Shown one piece after another: positions 28,895 through 36,768 of a stretch of 55,088 nucleotides of DNA. A program made the translations under genes and the position numbers. Under the pieces are notes generated by a model. It was not told the origin of the DNA and searched no databases. It saw only the letters and a program-made list of their open reading frames with translations. Within the stretch, counting starts at the first letter, position 1; each line of letters begins with the position of its first letter. Source of the DNA: a virus (taxonomy: Duplodnaviria; Caudoviricetes); IMG/VR virus record IMGVR_UViG_3300013137_000002, positions 1 through 55,088 of that record. One strand, 5' to 3'.

Positions 28895-29206
28895 ATGGAT
28901 CAAATTACACAAATGCTTATTACCATTGTCTGCTCAGTTATGGCATCGGCAGGATTCTGGACATTTTTGCAAAAAAGTCTTGAAAAGAAAGATGTCAAGA
29001 CGCAGATGCTCATTGGATTAGGCCATGATAGGATTGTGTATCTTGGCCTTTGCTACATTGATCGTGGGTGGGTTACTCAAGATGAATTTGAGAACCTGAA
29101 TGACTATTTGTATAAGCCCTATGAAAAAATGGGTGGAAACGGAACAGCAAAGAAAATTATACAGGAGATAAACAAGTTACCAATTCGAAAATCAAATATT
29201 AATTAA
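28895..29206 (+). CDS. Holin-associated single-pass membrane protein
   Basis: N-terminal TM; LYKPYEKMGGNG motif common in Bacillota phage lysis regions. Confidence 0.6.
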   Translation: MDQITQMLITIVCSVMASAGFWTFLQKSLEKKDVKTQMLIGLGHDRIVYLGLCYIDRGWVTQDEFENLNDYLYKPYEKMGGNGTAKKIIQEINKLPIRKSNIN

Positions 29207-29222
29207 AAGGAGGAAATTCACC

Positions 29223-29570
29223 ATGTTGTTAAGTAACAGAGTCTATGACACACTCAAATGGATTGCACAGTATCTTCTTCCCGCAATAGGTACTTTGTAT
29301 ATTGCTCTTGCAACCATCTGGGGATTACCCTATGGAGAGCAGATTGTAGGATCTATTTCTGCTCTTACAATATTTATTGGGGTGATTTTGGGGATAAGCT
29401 CTAGAACGTACGTAAAATCCGGAGCGGATACGGACGGAACCTTACAAATTGATACAAGTAGCCCAGAAAAAGATATTTACCGGCTTCAATTAAATAGCGA
29501 TCTTGAGAATCTGGCTGAGAAAGCAAAAGTATCTCTCAAGGTTGATCCGAACGCCAAACTCTCTGATTAA
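29223..29570 (+). CDS. Holin (Dp-1-like family)
   Basis: MLLSNRVYDTLKWIAQYLLPAIGTLY...WGLPYGEQIVG; two TM segments. Confidence 0.85.
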   Translation: MLLSNRVYDTLKWIAQYLLPAIGTLYIALATIWGLPYGEQIVGSISALTIFIGVILGISSRTYVKSGADTDGTLQIDTSSPEKDIYRLQLNSDLENLAEKAKVSLKVDPNAKLSD

Positions 29571-29635
29571 TCTTTCATGATTCGCAAAAAGAACAAAGCA
29601 TATAATGGAGGATAAAAAAAATACAGAAGGGAAAG

Positions 29636-29929
29636 GTGTTTAATATGGAGTTACATTTTAAGAAGAAATCAAAATTGGAAAAAGTGATTGATTCGATTTT
29701 AGACGACATGTCTAAGTTTGAAGCTAATTCCGATGAGTACAGCGATATGGCTAGTAATCTGGAAAAACTTTTGAAAGCGAAAAGCTATGAAAAACAAAAG
29801 GGAATAAGTCCAGATACAATGGTAATAGCCGCAGCAAACTTAATCGGGATAGTTTTGATACTGAAACATGAAAAAGTCGATATCATCACATCAAAAGCAT
29901 TAGGATTTGTATTAAAGGGGCGTGTATAA
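29636..29929 (+). CDS. Small early protein with C-terminal hydrophobic segment
   Basis: Between promoter 29582 and terminator 29919. Confidence 0.7.
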   Translation: MFNMELHFKKKSKLEKVIDSILDDMSKFEANSDEYSDMASNLEKLLKAKSYEKQKGISPDTMVIAAANLIGIVLILKHEKVDIITSKALGFVLKGRV

Positions 29930-29950
29930 CAACACGCCTTTCCCTTTTAT
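29919..29950 (+). terminator. Intrinsic terminator
   Basis: GGCGTGT/ACACGCC stem followed by a T-rich tail. Confidence 0.7.
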
Positions 29951-30148
29951 TACATATTTTAAAAATTTTTCAGACTTTCAGAAAAAACGACCTCACAGAA
30001 TCGATTTTAAACGACTTTTATAAGATAGGTAATGTAAACATACCAGAAAGGGATCTAAATTGATTGTAGGGCATTCTAGAGCGTCTGAGAGCATATCACC
30101 TATTTTTGGCATATTTTAAGGTCATTTTAGACCGAAAGGAGCATATTT

Positions 30149-30670
30149 ATGATAAAAGATAGCGGAAATCGGAGAGAATTTGGTACTGGAGCGGTTCGTG
30201 ACGTTGCTGAGGGAAAAGGACGTTGTGATTTACTTCCTGTGGATGTGGTTGATAAGATATTGGGAACTTCTTGTTTAGCTCCAATAGAAGGATTCAAACG
30301 CACAAAAGATATCTCTCTTCTTGTTGGAGCCATCACAACATTCGTAAACGACCATACAGACTACAAAGATATTTACACAGCTATGTTGGAAGTTAGCAAG
30401 CACTTTGAGGAGGGATCCAAAAAATACGGGGAAAATAACTGGAAGAAGGGTATTCCGCTACATTGTTATCTTGATTCGGCCGGGAGACATTGTTTAAAGC
30501 ATTTGCGTGGGGATACGGACGAACCTCATGATAGAGCATTTATTTGGAACTTATTATGCGCAATCTGGACCTATACTCATAAACCGGAACTCGATGATGT
30601 TGAAAAAGATCTTGAGGTAGTAACAACCTTATATGCTGACAATGAAGAAATAAAGATACGTCGCGGATAA
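30149..30670 (+). CDS. dATP/dGTP diphosphohydrolase-like (DUF5664) protein
   Basis: FGTGAVRD..GKGRCDLLP...GSKKYGENNWKKGIP...DSAGRH...DEPH. Confidence 0.8.
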   Translation: MIKDSGNRREFGTGAVRDVAEGKGRCDLLPVDVVDKILGTSCLAPIEGFKRTKDISLLVGAITTFVNDHTDYKDIYTAMLEVSKHFEEGSKKYGENNWKKGIPLHCYLDSAGRHCLKHLRGDTDEPHDRAFIWNLLCAIWTYTHKPELDDVEKDLEVVTTLYADNEEIKIRRG

Positions 30671-30753
30671 TACAAAGCACTTAATTTATTTCTTTTATAT
30701 TTTCGCATGTATAACATGGTATTTAATGAAGATATTCTTAAAAGGAGGATTAA

Positions 30754-30858
30754 ATGAAACAAAGAAAAATAAGTATTTTGTTCGATTTTATAATGACAAT
30801 CGTAACAGGAGGCTTTTGGTTGATCTGGGTCGTTATTCGGTATTTAAGAACACATTAA
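30754..30858 (+). CDS. 34-aa membrane peptide (not in ORF track)
   Basis: MKQRKISILFDFIMTIVTGGFWLIWVVIRYLRTH; AAGGAGG RBS; paralog at 45719. Confidence 0.8.
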   Translation: MKQRKISILFDFIMTIVTGGFWLIWVVIRYLRTH

Positions 30859-30929
30859 GAGGAGGGCTTAGGCTCTCTTTTTCTCTTTTCGCGAGAGTAA
30901 CATACTCTTTAATGAAAGGAGAAGAAGGT

Positions 30930-31058
30930 ATGTGGGTCATATCATGGTACGGAGGAATAGAATCATATTCAACTGCAGAAGAAGCACGTTTCGTGTATTG
31001 GTTGCTGCGTTTAAATGGTTACGAGGCCAATATCGTATACAGGCGTACATACTTATGA
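30930..31058 (+). CDS. 42-aa early protein
   Basis: MWVISWYGGIESYSTAEEARFVYWLLRLNGYEANIVYRRTYL; follows promoter 30889 and RBS. Confidence 0.65.
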   Translation: MWVISWYGGIESYSTAEEARFVYWLLRLNGYEANIVYRRTYL

Positions 31059-31166
31059 TTATTCAATTAAATACATATGATGAAGTTGAGGTTTTAGCCT
31101 CTTCTTTTATTCTCTTTTCGCAAGCATTACATGTTATATAATGAATAAAAACGAAAGGAGGATGTT

Positions 31167-31484
31167 ATGATTAAGATAGGCGTAGGAGTAAGACTTGTTT
31201 GCGCATCGGTTTTAGGTTTTATTGGTGGTGTATTCACAATGACAAAACATCGTGAACAAGAAACACAAAAAGCGAAAGGAGAATTGATCAAAGTATTCAA
31301 GGAATTACAGAGGACCAGGGAACTTTTAGAATCTAAAGACAAAGAGATTTCAACAAAAATCGATGAAGCTTTAGAGAGTGAGAGAGAACAGACGGTCGAT
31401 AATCTGTTAAAATTCCAGAAGAAGATCAAAAATCTTGAATCGCAGATAGAAAAGAACGAAAAGAAAGACGATACAGCACCATAA
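31167..31484 (+). CDS. Membrane-anchored coiled-coil early protein
   Basis: N-terminal TM, K/E-rich tail; has its own promoter and terminator. Confidence 0.75.
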   Translation: MIKIGVGVRLVCASVLGFIGGVFTMTKHREQETQKAKGELIKVFKELQRTRELLESKDKEISTKIDEALESEREQTVDNLLKFQKKIKNLESQIEKNEKKDDTAP

Positions 31485-31609
31485 AACAAGAAATAGAATG
31501 TGTAAATAACTAATTTGAGTTTATTTTGAGAGTGAATAGCTCTTTTCTTTTATTTCGCGATTATAACATATCCTATAGTGAAATATAATAATTTGAAGGG
31601 AGAGATTAT

Positions 31610-31879
31610 GTGAGCACTATGGGAAAGAAGTCAAGAGATTTCGTAGAAGATCATGGAACAGAATTAATAATCAGTGGATTTATAATTGCTTTCGGAGCAA
31701 TTTTTAAAGTTGCACACATTTATCATAAGAATAAGTGTGCAGACTGGGGATTGCGAGGATTAGTGATGGGATTTCATGGAGCTATTAATTGGTTTGATGA
31801 GGAATTTACGGAATTAAACTTGAACGAACTCTATAATGAATGGGCAAGAGCTCATCCAGAAGAAATACTATATATTTAA
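31610..31879 (+). CDS. Small membrane protein
   Basis: TM segment LIISGFIIAFGAIF; has its own promoter and terminator. Confidence 0.7.
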   Translation: MSTMGKKSRDFVEDHGTELIISGFIIAFGAIFKVAHIYHKNKCADWGLRGLVMGFHGAINWFDEEFTELNLNELYNEWARAHPEEILYI

Positions 31880-31958
31880 CATAAGATTAAAGAGGATATA
31901 ATCCTCTTGTTTTCGCGTAGAAAACTCACCCTTTAATGAAACTATATTTGAGAGGAGT

Positions 31959-32150
31959 ATGATGTATATGAAAACATCAATTAGTGATATGATTATATCC
32001 TACCTTGTAAAAGGTGGAGTTTTATTGGAAACAAAAGGGGATTTTGAAACGGAAATCACGGTCCCATTTACAAACAATGAAGGAAAGGAAAAACAGGTAG
32101 GTATAAAGATTAAATGCAGAGATTTATCAATACGCACAATCAAAGAGTAA
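31959..32150 (+). CDS. Small early hypothetical protein
   Basis: GAGGAG RBS; promoter 31913; hairpin agagcttaggctct downstream. Confidence 0.7.
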   Translation: MMYMKTSISDMIISYLVKGGVLLETKGDFETEITVPFTNNEGKEKQVGIKIKCRDLSIRTIKE

Positions 32151-32194
32151 TAAGAAGAGCTTAGGCTCTTTCTTTTTGAAAGGAGATTATATTT

Positions 32195-32389
32195 ATGGCT
32201 GATAAAATAAAGTGTGTGAAATGTGGTACTGAACTTAAATGGGGAGGCTTTGCTCATAATCAGAATACTTGTTGGTCATGTTTCAAAGATATTATTCTTA
32301 AGACTTTAGAAAATTTGCATGGCGAAGAAAGAGAAGCTGTGGTCTGGATGATGAAGATAGTTGCTGAGAAGTACGGTGAAGAATGGTGA
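32195..32389 (+). CDS. Small zinc-finger protein
   Basis: CVKC...CWSC. Confidence 0.7.
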   Translation: MADKIKCVKCGTELKWGGFAHNQNTCWSCFKDIILKTLENLHGEEREAVVWMMKIVAEKYGEEW

Positions 32390-32450
32390 ATTCGCGTGGA
32401 AAACTCGTCCTCTAATGAATAACTAATAAAAAATTTAGGAGGATTTTATA

Positions 32451-32678
32451 ATGAAAAAGGATAATGATCTTGTAACATTAGCAGCGATTGTTATATTAGT
32501 ACCAGTGGTAATAGGAATTGGTATTAGTGTGATAAACCTGGGAATTATGGGGATCAATGGAATTAAACAGGCAAGATTCAACAAAAAGATGGAAAAAGGA
32601 ATAAAAGATGGAAGCATCGTTGTGATTGACGGACAGTACTATGAAGTACAAAAGGGAGAAACCGTTGAGGAGGCATGA
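32451..32678 (+). CDS. Small membrane protein
   Basis: Long hydrophobic N-terminus; promoter 32392. Confidence 0.75.
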   Translation: MKKDNDLVTLAAIVILVPVVIGIGISVINLGIMGINGIKQARFNKKMEKGIKDGSIVVIDGQYYEVQKGETVEEA

Positions 32679-32744
32679 GCTTCTTCTTTTTTCGCGACCA
32701 TTACAAAGACTCTAATAGAAATCTATTTTGAAAGGAGTAAAATT

Positions 32745-32900
32745 ATGTTTACAACAAGTGATAAGGTAGTATTAGGAATCTGTGGAGTAATAACAATAGC
32801 AGGTATCTTAATGATACGTTCAGGCTTAAAAGGACTTAAAGCACTTCAGGAAAGAGAAGAAATCTATAAAAATAAAGAAACAGAGATTGAAGCTGAATAA
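32745..32900 (+). CDS. 51-aa membrane protein (not in ORF track)
   Basis: MFTTSDKVVLGICGVITIAGILMIRSGLKGLKALQEREEIYKNKETEIEAE; AAAGGAG RBS; promoter 32692. Confidence 0.75.
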   Translation: MFTTSDKVVLGICGVITIAGILMIRSGLKGLKALQEREEIYKNKETEIEAE

Positions 32901-32967
32901 GCTTCTTTCTTTTCGCATAAATAACTATGCCTTTAATGAAACTAATAAATGAAAGGAAGAGAATAAA

Positions 32968-33225
32968 ATGAATATTTTAGAAAAGAGTAATTTTATCAGT
33001 CAGGTGTTTATGGGTGGAGCAAAGGCACAATTGAAACAGGAATGGACTTGGGCAGCTGCGGCAGCTATCGGATTAACTCAAGGTTTGAAATACAAAGGAA
33101 GTATTAGAACTGGATTATCCGGTGGTGTGGCGGTAGTCACGGTTCTTGCTGCGGCCTATGGCATTTACTACATCGCAGCACATTGGGACAAGATTAAAGA
33201 GGCTTTAAAAGCAAAAGAGGAGTAA
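32968..33225 (+). CDS. Small membrane protein
   Basis: Hydrophobic segments; promoter 32913; terminator at 33216-33240. Confidence 0.75.
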   Translation: MNILEKSNFISQVFMGGAKAQLKQEWTWAAAAAIGLTQGLKYKGSIRTGLSGGVAVVTVLAAAYGIYYIAAHWDKIKEALKAKEE

Positions 33226-33292
33226 CATCCTCTTCCTTTTCGCAGCTATTACATAGACTATAATGATAAGAAAAAATTAAAGGAGAATTATT

Positions 33293-33388
33293 ATGATAAA
33301 TAGTTTAAATTGCTTATTAGCACAAATATCATTATGGATATCTAGTTCTAGCATAGCAAAGGTACTTATATTAATAATAACAACTTAA
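33293..33388 (+). CDS. 31-aa hydrophobic peptide (not in ORF track)
   Basis: MINSLNCLLAQISLWISSSSIAKVLILIITT; AAAGGAG RBS; sits between promoter 33240 and a hairpin. Confidence 0.5.
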   Translation: MINSLNCLLAQISLWISSSSIAKVLILIITT

Positions 33389-33455
33389 AAACAAAAGATA
33401 AGAACTTAATAGGTTCTTATTCTTTTACCCTCGCGAAAATTACATAGAGTATAAT

Positions 33456-33555
33456 GAAGAGAAAACGACGTAGTGATACGAATGTAGGTACTTGAGAGAA
33501 GGTCCCCGCGTCGTTTGGTAATAAGAAGCAGTTCGACACTCGCTGACATCTCTTT
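33456..33555 (+). ncRNA. Putative structured ncRNA A
   Basis: Starts at the promoter's GAA. AAGAGA/TCTCTT closing stem, AAACGACG/CGTCGTTT inner stem, GTTCGA T-loop-like element, T-rich tail, no RBS-led ORF. Confidence 0.55.
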
Positions 33556-33667
33556 ATATTTTTGTCTCGAGTAGAAAGGAAAAGGCCATGTGAATTTATC
33601 ATGTCGCTTCGTACTATCTCGCTAGAATTACATTTTAGTATAAAATTTTTGGAAAGGAGGCTTGGTA

Positions 33668-34129
33668 ATGATAGTTAAGAATCTAATTGAAAATGTGATT
33701 TCCAAGGATAAGTCAAAGGAGGAACTATGTTATTTAGCCTTCGTTGATAGTCTAACGAAAACATATAATCGTAACATGTTAGAGGAGTTTCGTAAGGAAT
33801 TTGACTCTATGGATATTTTTGTTACGATAATTGACATAGATAATCTCAAAATGATTAATGACACAAAAGGTCATGAAGAAGGCGACATATTCATCAAAAG
33901 CTTTGCAGAAGAAATTAAGAAATATTCAGAATGGGTATTTAGACTTGGTGGTGATGAGTTTCTTGTTCTTAACAAATCTCATATCACTTTTAATGTACTT
34001 GGTATATCATATGGAACTATATTTAAGCTGTCAAATATGTCTTTAAATGAGGCAATGCGTATGGCTGATTTCTTAATGTACAAAAACAAAAGGGAAAGGA
34101 GTATTTCTAATGAAAAAAGAGATACTTGA
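33668..34129 (+). CDS. Stand-alone GGDEF diguanylate cyclase
   Basis: DSLTKTYNR, IDIDNLKMINDTKGHEEGD, RLGGDEF, ADFLMYKNK. Confidence 0.92.
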   Translation: MIVKNLIENVISKDKSKEELCYLAFVDSLTKTYNRNMLEEFRKEFDSMDIFVTIIDIDNLKMINDTKGHEEGDIFIKSFAEEIKKYSEWVFRLGGDEFLVLNKSHITFNVLGISYGTIFKLSNMSLNEAMRMADFLMYKNKRERSISNEKRDT

Positions 34130-34235
34130 TAAATTTGTTACGATTGCAGTATTGATATTTGGTGTAATTATTATACTATCTATTGCGGCTTGTGTTGTGG
34201 CATTAGCAATTAGATTCATATTTTGGTTATTCTAA
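34110..34235 (+). CDS. 41-aa membrane peptide (not in ORF track)
   Basis: MKKEILDKFVTIAVLIFGVIIILSIAACVVALAIRFIFWLF; AAAGGAG RBS. Confidence 0.7.
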   Translation: MKKEILDKFVTIAVLIFGVIIILSIAACVVALAIRFIFWLF

Positions 34236-34251
34236 GAAAGGAGGAAGTTAA

Positions 34252-35517
34252 ATGATTACTGAATTCACCAAGGAAGCACGTATGGCTGATTTAATTGATA
34301 TTCTAAATGACGTTGCACGTAAGTATTATACGCCTAATAATTATGACGACGAGTCGCCAATAAGTGATGCTCAGTACGACAGATATTTAAGCGAGTTAAT
34401 ACATCTTGAGGCTGAAACGGGTATAAGATTAGAAGGCTCTCCAACAATGAAAGTTGGATTTACAGAACCAGAAGAAGGAAAGATTAAGCATTACTCACCA
34501 ATTCTTTCACTTAAAGATACAAAAAATATTGATGAGCTGTTACGTTTTCTTGGTGAGAAGGAAGGACTCTTATCCTGGAAGCTTGATGGGGTAAGTATTG
34601 TTTTATATTACTCATTTGGTACTCTACAGCAAGCTGTTAGTCGAGGAGACGGACATTATGGTAAAGATATTACTAAAAACGTTGTGATGATGCGTCATGT
34701 CCCTATGACTATTCCGATTAAAAATAACGTCATTGTCCGCGGAGAAGGATGCATGTCTCTTAAAGACTTCGAACAGATTAAAAAGACAAGAGAAGGAGAG
34801 AAGTATAGTAATCCACGTAACATGACAAGCGGGCTTATTAATGCTACAAGGACAACGAATGTTTTGTTACGACATATGAACTTCATAGCCCATTCGGTTA
34901 TCTTACTCGAAGGGCACGGACGTGATATCTCAACAAGACACAAACAACTTGGACATCTTAAGACTCTTGGATTTAGAATTGTACCACATACAAAAGTGCT
35001 TAACTTCGAACTTAATGCTGAGATTGATAAGTACACTAGAGAAGTTGAGAATTTTGAGTTCCCAGTTGATGGTCTTGTGTTAACACTGAATGATATTCAC
35101 TATGGGGATTCATTAGGTGCCACAGCAAAGTTTCCTAAGCACAGTATGGCGTTCAAATGGCCCGATGAGAAAGCGACAACGACAGTAACAGGAATGAAAT
35201 GGAGTGTAAGTACGACTGGATTAATAACGCCAGTTGTCTTATTTACACCTGTTTGGCTTGAGGGAACAGAAGTTAAGCAAGCAAATCTCCATACCTTAAA
35301 GATATTTGAGGGGTTGGTTATAGGCGTAGGTGATACAATCGAGATATTTAAGGCCAACAAAATTATTCCTGAGGTATCGGAGAATTTAACCCGAAGTGGT
35401 ACTGAGGAAATTCCAAGGACTTGTCCTGTATGTGGTTCACCAACACATATTATCGTAACAGACAAGACACGTAAATTATATTGTTATCCTTGTGGTGGAA
35501 AAGAAGACTTTAAGTAG
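34252..35517 (+). CDS. ligA: NAD-dependent DNA ligase, C-terminally truncated
   Basis: Domain Ia (YY...SPISDAQYD), KLDG, SRGDG..GKDIT, VRGE, NPRN, DGLV, AFKW, OB fold, CPVC..CxxC; no HhH or BRCT. Confidence 0.92.
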   Translation: MITEFTKEARMADLIDILNDVARKYYTPNNYDDESPISDAQYDRYLSELIHLEAETGIRLEGSPTMKVGFTEPEEGKIKHYSPILSLKDTKNIDELLRFLGEKEGLLSWKLDGVSIVLYYSFGTLQQAVSRGDGHYGKDITKNVVMMRHVPMTIPIKNNVIVRGEGCMSLKDFEQIKKTREGEKYSNPRNMTSGLINATRTTNVLLRHMNFIAHSVILLEGHGRDISTRHKQLGHLKTLGFRIVPHTKVLNFELNAEIDKYTREVENFEFPVDGLVLTLNDIHYGDSLGATAKFPKHSMAFKWPDEKATTTVTGMKWSVSTTGLITPVVLFTPVWLEGTEVKQANLHTLKIFEGLVIGVGDTIEIFKANKIIPEVSENLTRSGTEEIPRTCPVCGSPTHIIVTDKTRKLYCYPCGGKEDFK

Positions 35518-35543
35518 GTCGCAGAAATTACACAGAGTTTAAT

Positions 35544-35628
35544 GAAGAGATGTAGACTTAATAGGTCGAGCACTAATTAAAAAGATTAGTGACATAACGA
35601 TGCGTGCGTTATGGTAATACATCTCTTC
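35544..35628 (+). ncRNA. Putative cloverleaf ncRNA B
   Basis: Perfect 11-bp closing stem GAAGAGATGTA/TACATCTCTTC enclosing three hairpins; begins at the promoter's GAA and ends in a T-tract. Confidence 0.7.
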
Positions 35629-35662
35629 TTTATATTTTTAAAAACGAAAGGAGAAAGATTGT

Positions 35663-36508
35663 ATGAACGGAAGAGGTCTCACAGAAATAACAAAAAACCT
35701 CGGGGGAATAATTTCTAAAAATAGTCCTACTATTCTAACTGGAGTAGCAGTGGCTGGACTCGTAACAACAACGATAATGGGAATTAGAGCAACCCCCAAA
35801 GCACTTTCGATCATCGACGACTTTGTATGGAGTAAATATGAGGAGGAAGTCGATAATCCGGAAGAAATGTCATTCGCCGAATGGCTTGGCGTAGACACTG
35901 ATGGATATTCTTGGAGGGATAAGGCTAATTACTTATCTAAGAGAGAAACCATTAAACTTACATGGAAGACGTATTTACCAACAATTGCCGTTGGAGCGGT
36001 TACAATCGCTTGTATCATTGGTGCAAATCATATTTCTTTAAGGCGTAATGCTGCCCTGGCTAGTATCTATGGCCTTACAGAAGCAGCATTCAAGGAATAT
36101 CAGACAAAAGTTGTTGAGACTCTTGGTAAGAATAAGGAACTCAAGATACGAGATGAGATTTCGGCAGATCGTGTTAAGAGAAATCCTCCCGGTATGAATG
36201 AGGTTATTCTAACAGGTAGAGGACCAGTGTTATGTTTTGACAGTCTAAGTGGAAGATATTTCAGAAGTGACATCGAACAGATTCGCAGAGTTGTCAATGA
36301 GTTAAATCGTAATATGCTCAGTGATATGTTCCTGACACTCAATGAGTTATATTATGGTCTTGGATTAGCTGGGATAGCTCTTGGGGACCAGATGGGCTGG
36401 GATATTGATAAAGGAATGGTTGAGATAAGTTTCAGTACTCAACTCACAGAAGAAGGGGAACCTTGTTTAGTGCTTAATTATAGCATCGAACCAAAATATA
36501 TAAAATAA
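35663..36508 (+). CDS. DUF6353-like phage protein, paralog 1
   Basis: NSPTILTGVAVAG...ATPKA...RRNAALASIY...LNELYYGLG..GW. Confidence 0.75.
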   Translation: MNGRGLTEITKNLGGIISKNSPTILTGVAVAGLVTTTIMGIRATPKALSIIDDFVWSKYEEEVDNPEEMSFAEWLGVDTDGYSWRDKANYLSKRETIKLTWKTYLPTIAVGAVTIACIIGANHISLRRNAALASIYGLTEAAFKEYQTKVVETLGKNKELKIRDEISADRVKRNPPGMNEVILTGRGPVLCFDSLSGRYFRSDIEQIRRVVNELNRNMLSDMFLTLNELYYGLGLAGIALGDQMGWDIDKGMVEISFSTQLTEEGEPCLVLNYSIEPKYIK

Positions 36509-36531
36509 TCTTTTGAAAGGAGATTATCACT

Positions 36532-36708
36532 ATGAGAAAAATACTGAGGTCTATTGCTAAGGCTAATTTGAAGAGGGCCGAGTACACAAGAACTAATAAG
36601 AAGGGTTCGGATGGAAAGAGCTTCTTTTCAAAACATTGGAGAGAATGGGCTGCTAAGAAGATTAGAATACCGAAGAAGTATAAGACACCTAAGAAGCGCT
36701 CTGCATAA
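36532..36708 (+). CDS. 58-aa highly basic protein (not in ORF track)
   Basis: MRKILRSIAKANLKR...FFSKHWREW...KKRSA; TTGAAAGGAG RBS. Confidence 0.7.
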   Translation: MRKILRSIAKANLKRAEYTRTNKKGSDGKSFFSKHWREWAAKKIRIPKKYKTPKKRSA

Positions 36709-36768
36709 GGGCGTCTTCTATTTATATATTTAACCTACTAAAATATTAAATTGTAAAGGAGAATTACC

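Noticed and set aside
29950-30140. Non-coding gap with weak inverted similarity
   Set aside because: I could not define a convincing stem or repeat by eye.
30149-30670. Aminoadenine (Z-base) genome
   Set aside because: No PurZ homolog is recognisable anywhere in the genome.
30726-31058. 110-aa ORF from the track
   Set aside because: It runs across a terminator and a promoter. Two separate RBS-led ORFs (30754-30858 and 30930-31058) fit the cassette structure better.
29582-33647. Regularly recurring motif as a CRISPR array or RT-associated repeat array
   Set aside because: The units are degenerate, 190 bp to over 1 kb apart, contain RBS-led ORFs and terminators, and there is no cas operon. 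The nearby RT is fully explained by the DGR.
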